Shown here piece by piece: positions 51,778-64,000 of a DNA stretch of 64,000 nucleotides (within the stretch, counting starts at the first letter, position 1; each line of letters begins with the position of its first letter). A program made the translations under genes and the position numbers. Location: NCBI GenBank assembly GCA_017499595.2, contig CM038999.1, positions 2,976,001 through 3,040,000 on the forward strand, in the 5' to 3' direction. Origin of the DNA: Psilocybe cubensis. Taxonomy: Eukaryota. The notes beneath the pieces are model-generated. The model saw only the letters and a program-made list of their open reading frames with translations, did no database searches and was not told the origin of the DNA.

Positions 51778-53283
51778 CTAAGCATCATCTTCCGAGTCCA
51801 TCTCCTTGTGCATCAGGAAAAATCGTCGTGTGTTACTTGCACAGAGTCCATATTCCAAAAGAGGAGCAGGCGCTGGTGTCTCAAAGAACTGATGCGTTCG
51901 GTCCCAAGCACCTCGAGATAGTTCCACGAGAAGTTCCCAGCGTCGGTACCAGTTTAGTGGTCGGCCTTTTTTCGTACGAGCAGTGAATCTCGGTGACGCC
52001 TTAGCATGAAGAACATTAACAGTCCGGAACCAGTGACCAACGTCCAAGTTCGAAATGTTGCAGGGTAAATGCGAGCCTATCAACAACGAAGAACCTCCCT
52101 CAAACAGTTGTCCTGATTCAAACTGGTTGCTGGCTTTGATATCGAGTTTGCTGGCCAAGATATTTGGAAGATCCGTTTCACTTTCGCTTTCTACAAGTGT
52201 GGAGTCTGAATCGTCGCTGAAGCCAGTCGAGGTCGACATCTCAAATTCGCATTCCGATTCCGCGTCCGATACATCTTCGTGCGATGAAAGTCGGAAATCC
52301 GTGTTCCGTTCATCGGTCACCATATGCATTTCGTGCATCCAAATTGTCTTGCCAATTGTCCAAGTTGGCACGTTAGCAAAACAGCGGTCTATATGCACAC
52401 AATATGGATCTCTCAATGCGGATATATCTCCACGTCGAGGATGAATAGTCAACGAAGGTAGATCTTCAGAAAAGACATCTGTTTGCAATAACCGCGGCGG
52501 TGTTGAGGGGCGGCTTGTAGGAAGGGACTGATTGCCTTTAGGGGGAACACCTTCGTACGGCAATGCATCATGATGATACATAGTGTAACCCTCCCAGTCT
52601 TCCTCTCGTGTGGACCAAAACCATTTGATTTGTTGAAGTGCAAGACGCGAGTACCCGTGTTGACGGTAATTATGACGTTGATGTTTAGGCAAAGAACGAC
52701 CAGTCGAAGAAGGAGACATCGGAGAAGGGAAACATGAATATTTATGGCGGGTGGGAGGTGGGGACGGGGGCGCTTTGTTGCGGCGGGAAGATGTCGTAAC
52801 GAAGGGGAAACATAGTCGGGACACAGGGGGTGGTGGACCCTTGGGAGATTTGCTAGGAGCTACCGGCGATCCAATGCAATCACGCGAAACAGAATTACGA
52901 ACGAAATCTTGAGACTTGGGGTTGTTGGCATTGAGTGTCTGGCATTCTTGGCCTGTACCCACTGGCGTCAGGGTTGCGGGTTCCATTGCCTTTACGTCCG
53001 CCTTTGCTTGAAGGTGAGGTTTAATGGAAGACAAACGCAGATCAGAAATACCGACGCTTTGGAATAAACTATGGGACCATTGTACTGCTCTTGAATCAGG
53101 AAACGCCTCAGGCGAGTTTGTCGATAAGATGGTCCGGTTGAAACCAAGGCGACTTGAAGGGCGTGTGGGCTGAAGAAAATCTTCACCTCTTCGAGTAGCT
53201 TCCTGACCACTTTGGAAACCAGGCAATAGTGCGGCTTGTTCAAAATCCGAGTAAAGCAAAGCCTGGGAAGCAGCGGGGACCAT
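51778..53283 (-). CDS. Hypothetical Ser/Pro-rich protein (501 aa, apparently intronless)
   Basis: Single 1506-nt ORF with ATG start; low-complexity, with Trp/aromatic-rich patches (IKWFWSTREEDW, IHPRRGDISALRDPY, NWYRRWELL). Confidence 0.7.
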   Translation of the reverse strand: MVPAASQALLYSDFEQAALLPGFQSGQEATRRGEDFLQPTRPSSRLGFNRTILSTNSPEAFPDSRAVQWSHSLFQSVGISDLRLSSIKPHLQAKADVKAMEPATLTPVGTGQECQTLNANNPKSQDFVRNSVSRDCIGSPVAPSKSPKGPPPPVSRLCFPFVTTSSRRNKAPPSPPPTRHKYSCFPSPMSPSSTGRSLPKHQRHNYRQHGYSRLALQQIKWFWSTREEDWEGYTMYHHDALPYEGVPPKGNQSLPTSRPSTPPRLLQTDVFSEDLPSLTIHPRRGDISALRDPYCVHIDRCFANVPTWTIGKTIWMHEMHMVTDERNTDFRLSSHEDVSDAESECEFEMSTSTGFSDDSDSTLVESESETDLPNILASKLDIKASNQFESGQLFEGGSSLLIGSHLPCNISNLDVGHWFRTVNVLHAKASPRFTARTKKGRPLNWYRRWELLVELSRGAWDRTHQFFETPAPAPLLEYGLCASNTRRFFLMHKEMDSEDDA

Positions 53284-53655
53284 AGTTATACCAAAGAACC
53301 CCAGATTTCAGGAGTTCTAGGCGGAGTATATGGGGGATGATTTGGAGTCGTGACCTGACTCGTATGTCTAGAGATATTCGCAGAAAAAATGCAGAAGCAT
53401 ACCGTCTATAAAATACAAAGGAGTAGGCAGTGAATCAGGGTTGAGCACAACCAGGGCGAGCCTGTTGTCTCGGGAGAGTGGTGGTGGCGGGAGCAACACA
53501 TTTAGAGTTTCACCAAAACAGCCATATGTACAAGCGAAACACACCAACACGTGATCCACATCTCCTGTAGCCTTATTTTCGCCATCTAGCATCATGATCA
53601 TGATCATACAATTATAGCAGACGGTCCATCCAGCTATGAATACAGTACAATGTCA

Positions 53656-56600
53656 TCAAGGCAACACAAGTATCGTAAAAGGCTTCTCATCTGCCTCTTC
53701 CGCACTCGTTTCTTTCGGCATGGCAGACTCGGGATCGCCATGCACTGCAGAGGCTTTCCGGGCATCCCATCTAAGATCAATGACCTTGATAGTATCCCCA
53801 GTAGAAACGTCAGCAGGTACTCCAGGTTCCCCAGCGCTTTGAGACGGTGAGAGGGGCTTTCGTCTATCTATAACCTTGATCCGTGGTATCTTCACATACC
53901 CGCACTCGATTGGTATCATCCTCCACACCAGTTTCTCTTCGGATCCAGGAAGAAGGACAGGCACACGAGCGTTGCGTAGTCCTGACACTACAAATGCATC
54001 TAATGAATCGCCCTCCAATTGTACAACAATGTTTGCAGATCGTGTTGGATGATAATTGCGAATCGTGATAGAAAATGACACAGGGACATGCAGAGTGGCT
54101 TTGGGCGGCACATCGAGAAGGGCGACCAGATCATTTAAAGGTGGCTGAAGTGATGGCAAAGGGAAGAAACTGACAGCTGTAGGCCCCAATTCGCCTTTTT
54201 GAAACACTCTGAGATCATGGGACGCTGTAAGCAAGTATCAATTTGTTAAATACTGACAGACATACCTGCGCCAAGTAACAACGTAACGCCCCGGACCTTC
54301 AATTACTTCCTGTTTTGTGTCTTCTTCCTCATTGAGAGAAAAGGCAATCCGGCTGCTTGCACAATACTCGTCGCCGGCCAGGTATTCTGTGGAACGGCAA
54401 AGTCAGGTGGCAGTTTAAACTGTTTATAATGATGTTTGCTACCCGCAGGAAATTCGGTTGTACCTTCGTCGTCAATATCGGTCGACGAATTGATAATATA
54501 CGCGTGCGAATTGTCCTAAAATTACTTCAGCACCACTGTTCTATTGCATATGTCGGTAGAACTTACTAGACGTTCGAGCTCGATACGCTGGATGATAATG
54601 CTCCAAGGTCCAGCACACGTCATAACAAAGTTCACCAGAGCCTCGCCTCCCTGCCGGCTGTCCCAGAAAGATTCGTCGAATGTCCTGAGGTCGGCCAAGC
54701 CTGACCACGGGTCCAAAGCTCGTCGGTAAACAACGTTATTCGTGATTTGAATCGCTTTGACTGTCGGCACGACGAGTAACTTCAAATGCTCCATAGTGTC
54801 ATTTCTGGAATCCGTGCGGCCTTCGTCATCTGCCTCTGTCTCCGGACCATCATTGTCCCCATCATCCTCCCTTTCATCGTCGGGTGTCTTCAAAGCTATT
54901 TTAGTTCGTGTCTGAACAGAAACATCTACCACTCTATCCCCACCAGCCCCTGTATTAAAGAGGTGTAGAGTTTTTACTGCGCTTGTTCCGGGAACAAGGA
55001 CACCTAAATGAATGCCTTTGACCAGGCTTGTAGATCGCACGTCGTCAACGACCATCCAGTTGACTGTATTGTCTGTCAGTTTCTATGAGATTATTATTCA
55101 AATGTGTAAACCCACCTGCGTCGTCAATTTCCGTCGGCTGGAGCAAAAAATTCACAATCACGTCCAACTCGCGAGTGTCAGTGTTTGTCACTTCAACTTC
55201 TATCGGGTAATCCTCATCGAGGTATGAAGGAGAACGGTGGTGGAAGGCGATATGCAAATGATGTTCTCGAAGTTTTACCCTGTATATCAGGTGTCAGCTC
55301 GCATAATCGAAAACGTAAGCTGAAAAGCATACAGGGTGGATGAATAGTCTTCTCTCGGGGCATGGATAAACCTAAGTGGATCAAGGGAGCTCAGCCATCT
55401 CGCAGGTAACCTTGGGTTAGAGCGTGCTGCACGCGGCTCAGACGTGATATTGATTTTCCAACCATTCTCCTCGATAGAAAGTACGATGGATGAAAGCTAA
55501 GAAAACATTCAGGATGAAAGTTATGGTGAAAATAAATCAAATTATCTTGCCTTTATAACACTTGGTACTTCAGAAGATATTGAACCCGTGAAGATGATCG
55601 AGCCGGCTTTCGACCAGCGCAGGTCAGCTTTCACAGTAGGACGTTCGTTCTCCGAAATTATGACCTGTCCAATTTGTACAACCTGGACGTCATCCTTTTT
55701 CTCCGAGGATTGATGCTCGACGATCACTGGAGAGACGTCGTCGCCAAAGTGAAGCGCAACCCAAGAAAATGGTATTGATGAAATGCCTATTGTGCTTGGA
55801 GCGGTCAATGTTACCTGGAAGGCAACCTGTTCCCCAACTTTGACTTCAGGAGACCAGAAAATGACATCCGAGTCAACTTGAAGACAAGTCAAAAAACATG
55901 GACTCGTCTATGGAGCCGATATACCATACGTACATATGGGTTGTGCATCCGCCAGATCAATTACCAGCGTTTCATCGGGTGTTGCAGGCACAGTACTCTA
56001 AAAGACATTTAAGCGTTTGAATAGCAAAATTAGAAGATAATGCGCACGGACCTTTAATACCGTTACCAAATCTTCTTCCAGTGAATCCGAGTCTTCAAGG
56101 TCAGTAGCATCTAAATCGTGGTTCCATATGTGGCACGTATTGCATGTGAGCATGATGCGTACCATGACCCAACATTTCCACCAACAATTTGATGCTCAGT
56201 TCAACATCACCCAACTGTTGAGCGCAGGCATACCACGTTGACAAAAGAGGCCTTAACATAGAGTTCCACCTTTCGCGTCTATACGTTTTGGCTATTCGCT
56301 CAAAGAACCTAATGGTGCATTAAATATCGCAGTTGATGCCGTTGTAAATATACCCACCGAACTGCCATATCAAATTTTCCTGCCTCATAGTAAGTTTGTG
56401 CGATTCTGTACGCAATCCATAGCGTCAAACGCCCTTGGCCTTGATTCGATGCCGAAGAATATTTTTTGAAAAGTTCATATGCTTTTGTATATAGCTGGCA
56501 CAATTAGGCTGTGTGGAAGAAGTAAAAATGTTGGAAACTACCTCATTGATGATGGCCAGATGTTCAACCTTTTTCTCATTGGAATAACCAGGAGAAAGCG

Positions 56601-58419
56601 CTATTGGTTTTTGACTTAGCTGTAGGAGATAGTGTCAATGAATGCCCTCAACAATAAAAAAAGCTACGAACCTCGGCATCGGCAATGGCCATGAATCTCT
56701 CTCTGCGCATCTCCGTGCACCTTGCTGCCACATAATAATAAAACCCTGGATGCTGCAGAGCATGACTTGGATTGATGCCCAAGGACCGCACAGCATCATA
56801 TTCAACATTATGTGATGGCCTTGTAGTCTGCTGGGAGGCGGCAGCGCTTGCTGGAACAGGTTTATGTACAGGGAGCACCAAGTTAGATCGTGTCCCTTGT
56901 TCTAGAAGCTCCGCAAGAACACGATGTCTGCTGCAGTATTAAGAGTTAGGAGCAAAGGATATACTGAGATTACGCACTGCCGTGCAATCCAGCTCCAAAA
57001 TTCGAAGGTTTCTTCCCCGATTCCCCATCCCCTAGAGAAATCGCCAAATACTCGGATATGCGCGTTATGATGAGAAAGAGCAAGCGCATGCTCGTTATTG
57101 TACAGATATAATTTAACGATCTGTTAGACATCAGCAATAACCATTAAAAGCGTCCACAAAATAATACCTTTATGTTGATACAATCAGCAAGGACCTTGGC
57201 TTCTGCCCATCGTTTTGTACGAGGAGGGAGTATTGCTGTAGAACCAAACATTATGGTAAGCATTTCATACGCATCCTGATAATGTCTACACTCATGTGAG
57301 AAAATGATGTCTAATGAAGCGATTTCAAGTCGATACGTACTTCAATGCGACCTCGTCTTCACTTCTAAATTCCGCGAAACATGCCATCTTGTATTCATAA
57401 CGAACTGTCCATCCTTCTGGACGAAGAGGACGTGCGATGGGGAGCCCTCCCAAGGCCACTGCCGTGTTGGGATATGAAGAGATGGCTTGAGAATGTCTAT
57501 TTCGCTTTCTTCTAACACGCTTTGAGTGAGCTGTGTAATATTCGACTGCTGGTTCGTATAGAGCTTGCTGGAGGCTATCAATAAACCTTTAGCATTACAT
57601 TTCAACTCAGTAAAAAGAACATATACCTTCTGACAAATTCATTGAGTTCAGATGCGCTCACGGGGCTAAGAACGAAGAGTGCGGCTCTAGAGTCGAGCCC
57701 ACTTTGTCTTCTAATAAATGTCAGTCTAGCATCCAGAGATGGGTCATCTACACCGCCGCAACAAGAATTGAGTATTTCTTTCATTACGTAAGCAAAATGA
57801 ACGAACCTAACATCTTTCTACTGGCCATAAGAACCACCGTAAGCTTGATGCCACGTTCGTTCGTGATCTTCTTCCTCGCAGCAACATCTGCGGCAAGTTC
57901 AGTATCCTTTTTCCTTTCTTCTGTTTCTCGGTCACGCTCTCGATCGGCATCTGGCAAGTCTAAAGGTGTCCGTGAAACGTGCGGAGGATATTCGAAGATG
58001 CGTAGGAACAAAACAAAAACAGAGGGTAAAAGAGAGGTGTGCTTTCTTATCCAAATCGGAGCAATAAGTCCATCAGGGTGAAGTGGGGAAGTAGGTGTGA
58101 GAGGAGATAGAGGAGAATGTGCAGCGGAGTATTGGGGATCATCAGGCGCAACTAGCTTTCTTGGAGGAAATTTCACGTCCCTGTCAACTAGGATGACTTG
58201 GAAGGATTTATTTTTTTCCGGTTGCCAGATAGCTACCTTTCGTTGTGCCAACAGTGCCTCTCGGAGGCGAAGGGTCAGGACTTGAAATGCATCGTGAGGT
58301 TTCGATACGGGTGCAGGGGTACTTGGGGATGCCGGGGGAGGTGCTGGAGGGAGGTCAAGTCCCGCAACAAACATGACCGGTGCCAATTGGGCCAAAAGTT
58401 CGGGAGGGTATGAGTTCAT
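53656..58419 (-). CDS. TRAPPC11: TRAPP complex subunit 11 (Gryzun/foie gras domain protein)
   Basis: MNSYPPELLAQLAPVMFVAGL, HSPLSPLTPTSPLHPDGLIAPIWIRKH, EYYTAHSKRVRRK, VRYEYKMACFAEF, RWAEAKVLAD, QHPGFYYY; multi-exon. Confidence 0.9.
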
Positions 58420-58769
58420 CGTTTATAACGCAGTTGACGATCGTAAATGGTAGAATATGATGGCCCTCCTGGCATATTGAACAAACTGTTTAGAAAAAGA
58501 GGAAGAACGAAAACATAGAGATCAACTGGCGTCACCTCATAAAGTTAGCTGGTATATTTATTATATATTGAAGGATGGAAATGAATACGCTGGACCCGAG
58601 AGAGTTGGTCAACACCGTGTTATTGCCAAGTTCTACTTTCGGGATGACGAAAGGCAATTCATCGATTACATAAGAATTCAATGACCAGCTGTTGCCTACA
58701 TAGACCTCAATCTGTCTTCAATCCTTCCGTATTCCATTACTTTCTTGCTTGAGATTACAATTGGACTGA

Positions 58770-59210
58770 ATGGCTCTTATCGAGGTGAGATATACTCCTT
58801 CCAAATCATGATCGATCTTCCTTGATTCTTGTTTCAGATCATTGCGAATGACCGCCTTGGGCGTAAAGGTTTGTGTGCCATGTACCATTAATTCTTTCAT
58901 TATCACTCACGGCCTTGTGATTTCCCATCTGCCACGGCATACCTCTAGTCCGCGTCAAGTGTAGCCCTGATGATACCGTCGGCGACTTGAAGAAACTCAT
59001 TGCAGCGCAAACCGGTACCGATGCTTCAAAGATCCAACTCAAGAAATGGTACGTCGCTTTTTCTCGCTGTTATATTCCTTGCAAACATCGTTATGGTGGT
59101 GCCTTCCGATTTCTCTAACTCCTCTATGTCACAGGTACACAACCTATAAAGATCATATCACTCTGGCGGATTATGAAATTCACGACGGAATGAGTCTCGA
59201 GATGTACTGA
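58770..59210 (+). CDS. HUB1: Ubiquitin-like modifier Hub1/UBL5 (4 exons)
   Basis: Spliced [73 protein letters not shown]; missed by the ORF track. Confidence 0.95.
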
Positions 59211-62200
59211 TTGTCTGCGATCCTGCCGATTATCCTGCGATTTGAAGTGACCGTATGGATTTGTCCAATCTGGAGGGGTTGATTGTGGATTGCCCGCGAA
59301 TATCATATTAACAAGAAACAATGTATAGTAATGTGTATCTTTTTACCAAATCGGCAAACCACAACTTGATTATATCAATCTAGTAGCCTTTTTTAGTTTC
59401 TGCGCGAACCAAGGCGGCTACGATTTCCATCAACTCAATATTCGGAGCAACTCACTGTTAAACCCAATTCATTTGGAAGCCCGTTTTGCTTATCAACATG
59501 CTCCTTCGCAACATAGGCATCCTTTTTCCGATATGCAAGGAGTAGGATTATGGGACCCGTCCAAATCAGCCCCATGATCCATCTGCCCGTCCGCATGGTT
59601 GTCATCGGTATTTCCGTAGGCGTATTCCAAGCGGAAAGCACCGGCACCTTAAAAAAGACAATTGCTCTGTGGCTGGTGCGTGAGCGCACCAGAATATCCA
59701 CGCAGAGTCGCAGACTCAAATTCACCGTCGCTTTCAGAGTTTCCATTGTGAGGTGTGGGCTACTTGGATGGATGAAAGTCCACAAGCTGTGGAGATATCA
59801 CGTTTTTCCGATTCAAGTTGACTACTCACTGGGAACAACTAGACAAACAGGCTGAAAGTCAGCTTATTCTCTGTATGTAGTCCCTTGATAGCCAAGTTAC
59901 TTATAGGGATAAGCGGGTTCCTGATTACCAAAATCCTAAATAGCCCAATTAGGGTGACTTGAGCCATAATAAACGACCAATGGAGCCAATCTTTTCGACG
60001 CTTACATCGGTTTTCCGATCCAAAAATGCGCGCCGGAGACGCTAAAAAAGAAGGCAGAAGGCCATCTAGTCCCCTACAGGGTTTCTGCCCTTCTTGATTA
60101 GCGTCCCTCACTTTCACGTCTTGGCCTCTTTTGCCTTTCCCGCTGAGCTTGCCCACACATTCATTTTCTCTGGTCGAATTGTTTGATACTTTTGCTTGAC
60201 CCTCGCTCTACTCTTCTAATCCACTACCGCAATTAAATGGCTCTTTCTCGTGTCTATATGCCATCTATAAGCCTCGTTCTAGAAGAAGAACCTCAGTGCT
60301 GCATTCTAGAGCCAGAGTCCTCAGTGCTCATACCAGTCGATGTGCCCCCAAAATATGCAAATCATCACCTTCCCTACATTTCGGTATGAAATGCGTTATT
60401 ACTTTGTGTTATCGCACGGAACTCACACTTCGCGTAGAAACCGGTGAATATGGTTAATGAGGAACTAGAGGGAGACGAGCATTTTTCTTTTGTTGTACAT
60501 TTCCCTCAAGGCACGGTATGTCGGGAGATTTGCTTGACCACATAATGTGCTGTGTTAATTATGAAGGAATGAATTGGTAGAGACCAACCATGCAGCAATA
60601 CAACGTTGTCGGCCAGCCAGTGAAAGAGCAGCGACCATATACTTCTCGGGGGCACCCTGATTTCAATGACGCTTCGATACACTCAAACGCGAAGGTCAAG
60701 GTAAATTTTGAGTTATCATCTTTTCTTCGGGACTGAACCGTAGTCATTAGCTCAGCATCTCTGTTTTCATGGGTGCCCTCCGTAAACTCTACCCAAGCAA
60801 AACAGTTAAAATTTCCTCAACCCTTTAGCAAAAAACAGTTCAGCATATAATCAGTAATCATGTTGTTGGAACATCTTCCCTAATCGCGATGTTGATCATC
60901 GAAACATCTACCCCTATGTTTGTATTAATGATGGTCTTTGACCAAGTACCACTTCACTGTATAATCGTAACATATCTATGTACTTGTTTACTATCATTTA
61001 GATCTGTGACATACTTACTGTACAGTCTAGGTGTATACCTATCTGCTCATATATAATTAATACCACTTCCGCCCCCCAGTGTGTATACGCATGCCAACTC
61101 GTGATTGGATCCATTTGTCAGACGTTCATGGAGCACATCTCTATCCATTCACAGAAGAAATTTGAAGCTGAATTCTGAATTGTCCGATGCACAAGGTCGT
61201 GGTCTCCTAGAGGTCGATCTTTAACTGCATGTGGAGACTCCATTTCCTGATGTATGAATATTGCGATCGTTCTAGCTCAGGTTCCACCGTTCCAGTCTTT
61301 CCAAGCTTAATCGATTAGAAGGATGAGATCAATATTTTGTCAAGAGGTATTGAAAACAGCAGCCCCCAGAGATGGTTTTATAAACCCACGCTTCACTTTG
61401 AAGAGTTTGCCAAGAGTGGTGCTTTGGCCGTTGAAACAACCACAAACAGCTTGCACTTGTTTTCATCATCACTTTTACAGACACTACTTCTTCGTCATTC
61501 CACGAAGGCCGTTCGTTACTCACCTGTTGTTCTGGTTTTGAAACCACCCCAAGATTCCTTGTTCCGATCGCAAAAGAGGTTTACGAACGAATGCTGTCGG
61601 AACTACGTTACAGAAGAGACAACAATCGGAAGCAATGTATTACGCCGAAACGTCCATCTTTCCTACAAGGTCCCCTGGACATGATGGGCGATGCTATACG
61701 CAGCAGTACGAAGTTTGGCTTCATTAAATTGTATCTGCAAGAGCGTACAGGATAGCGCGTCGGAATCGAAGATGGTGAACATGACGTATAAGCATGGCGT
61801 GTCAAGTAACCTTGGGTTAACTTAACGAACTCGCTATCCGTCTACCCACCTGCCAGTCGTCACAACGCTCAACAGAGGAGACACAACAATCGATTTCGTG
61901 GAATCAAGTGAAATTGATTAATCCTTCATGCAAGCTCCTGGATTTTGGTGTCGCAGTCGCTTGTATCCTGAAGCTTGGCTTGGTCCGGGTGCTCGTGTTT
62001 CTCGTCACTGCGGCTGTTCCAATCATGGAGAATCTCGTTTGCAAGGGTAAAATTTGACCTTCAAACTATGCCATCTGTCATTCTTGGAGGACCTAGCGCA
62101 CGGAATCAGCACGAGGAGACAACAGGAGGGCTCGAAACCCGAGAACATTTACTCGCTCATTACCTTAGAAGCTACCTTTTTCAGTCCTCTGCATGTCTTC

Positions 62201-63049
62201 GGGAATCATGGATTGAAGATCAGGCCCCCGACTTTATGTACTGTTGAATGTTTCCTATGGCTACGACGGCGGTGGGGCGCCACAACAAGTGGGTGTTGCA
62301 TGCATCAAAATTTTTTTCTCAGGCTTCGTAGCTTTACAGTTTTAGCCTTGTTAGCTGGCTGTCGGGATTCTTGGAGTTTTCGATATTGGAACAAGGGCAT
62401 TGTTCGATGGGGCTTTTTATTATACGACGAGCGTGTTCCCTTCTCCAAAGCTCGTCAGTTCTAATATCATCGCCCACAGTCAGTTTTTCAACTTAGCCAA
62501 CCTGAAGTTCCCTCCCTCTCCCCGAGTTCCTACATCACATTGAATATCTCACTATCTTGGCTTTGCAGACTGTTGCGGCGTTGTTGTTGGCTTCGAGAAT
62601 TTTGGAAGAATAAAATATCGTTCTCAGAACATGATCATTGAGCTATGGTGATTGTATCCTTGGGAATGAGACGAGAATCTTCAAAGGATACCGTTGAAAC
62701 AGATGGTAATCTGCTAGTTGGCTACGGCAATTAAACTGAACTGGTATCTAAGAAAAGACAGCTTCTTTGGACGTAATCAATGCGGTGCCGCCTACCTTCA
62801 ATTAATTCATCATGCCAACATGTTGCATCTAGTCATATACGCAATTATGTGAAGGGCCCGAAGAAAACATTTTTATGTTTCAACTTGTTCCAACACGCCT
62901 GAGGCTCCTTCGTTCCTTTCTTTCCTACTACACTCACTATAATATTTCCTGGAACTTGATATTCCATAGACGGTCCTTTCCCCCTTCCCTCCAAACACAT
63001 TTTAATAGCGGTACATTCATTTTGGACTCTTGGAGTCTTTCATTAGACT

Positions 63050-63691
63050 ATGCATCGTCCTCGCACCTCTTTTCTCCCATCTATCACACAAGTCCTTGAA
63101 AACGGATGTCATCAGCCGCGGCCATATTGTGAGGGCTCTTCGTCGGTCTTAATTTGGGTGGACCCCGTCCATCTCATGCCCGTCAGCAGACCCACAAGCA
63201 CTAAACGTCCACAGACACCCTTGACACGTTTAATGGTACGTGGACGCTTGTATCTCGTCGATTTATAGTTGTCACTAACTTTATCCAGAAAACTATTGAT
63301 ATACAAGGCGCACAACCTGCCCAAGAGGGTGTGGAGCACTTTTCGTACGTTGTATGCTTCCCGGACGAGGCCGAGGTGTGTACTTACCTTCTTTATGGGT
63401 ATTTACTTAAAATGTATTGTCATCAAACAGGACGACGCCGAATCGAGCGCGGACTTTGTTGCTCGTCGCCCCAATACTTCTCGAGGATTTCGGTTTGCAT
63501 CAGTTGAGAGTAATGGACTATACTCCAATGATTTTATCAAGGTAAGTAATGCAGTGTTTATGATGTTTGCTTACAAGAAGTTTTAATTTATTATTTCATT
63601 GCAGGATAAATTTCTGTTACTCACAAAAGGCGCCCAAAAATTGATACCGACTGCTATGGCAGAAGCTCTCCTTCGAAGGAGATTATCATAG
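63050..63691 (+). CDS. Small hypothetical protein (156 aa, 4 exons)
   Basis: Exons 63050-63235, 63289-63375, 63431-63541, 63605-63691 joined by three phase-0 GT-AG introns give an open frame MHRPRTSFLPSITQVL...LLRRRLS*. Confidence 0.6.
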
Positions 63692-63979
63692 TCCAACCTG
63701 GATTTAGATGTTGTGCATTCAGATTACGCTCACCTCTTCAACCCGAACTTCAACTCGAAGTTTGTGTCCTTGGTCCCATCTCGCCTTAACGGTTCTCTTC
63801 TTCGCCCTCCTTGTTGGGTGCTATGTCTTGATTGCAGCGCGCCCAACTCAGACGTCCTCCTATATCTGCCCAATCCTCGACTCATTTAATTCAACATACA
63901 CAATCTTTTTCACTAATTGGTTGTCTATTTCTTGAGCCATCATTTCCCCCTTCCTTTCCTCTCCTCCTACTACTACTAC

Positions 63980-64000
63980 ATGGACGCGCCTCCATCCAGC
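63980..64000 (+). CDS. Possible start of next gene (MDAPPSS..., truncated by window edge)
   Basis: ATG after a CT-rich, 5'UTR-like stretch; only 7 codons visible. Confidence 0.3.

Noticed and set aside
59199-59210. Hub1 ends in a single Tyr rather than the usual YY-X
   Set aside because: Hub1 acts non-covalently and its tail is dispensable; likely ordinary lineage variation.
1-64000. tRNA, rRNA, snoRNA genes and most short ORFs of the six-frame track
   Set aside because: No convincing RNA gene seen by eye (tRNAscan-SE/Infernal would be decisive); short ORFs are exon fragments or antisense shadows of the genes listed.

Overview
Intron-rich fungal genomic DNA (short 50-70 nt GT-AG introns, many micro-exons), most likely from a basidiomycete (Agaricomycete-type gene structure; the species cannot be determined from this window). 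I assembled about 23 protein-coding genes by hand across introns. Left arm: a tandem array of three secreted RlpA/DPBB (loosenin/expansin-like) genes, an Mmc1-like gene, a VanZ-like membrane protein, an Fe-S RecB-type nuclease + SAP + SF1 helicase fusion, and PPM1. Centre (15.4-38.1 kb), the most notable feature: a compact cluster of three oxaloacetate acetylhydrolase-type (ICL/PEP-mutase family) paralogs, all carrying the OAH marker serine; two flavocytochrome b2-type dehydrogenases with no mitochondrial presequence and PTS1-like ends (glyoxylate dehydrogenase-like); an ACS-family MFS anion transporter; and an FAD monooxygenase. Together these look like an oxalic-acid production cluster joining both known fungal oxalate routes (inference). 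The cluster contains a probable small Helitron, shared promoter motifs and an apparent GA-AG intron, and is bounded by a PIF/Harbinger-type MITE. Right arm: mostly housekeeping genes (TMEM70-like, dynactin p25, mitochondrial Hsp70, ACAD10-like phosphotransferase, esterase, GST, TRAPPC11, HUB1) and two genes of unknown function. CDS coordinates are start-to-stop gene spans including introns.
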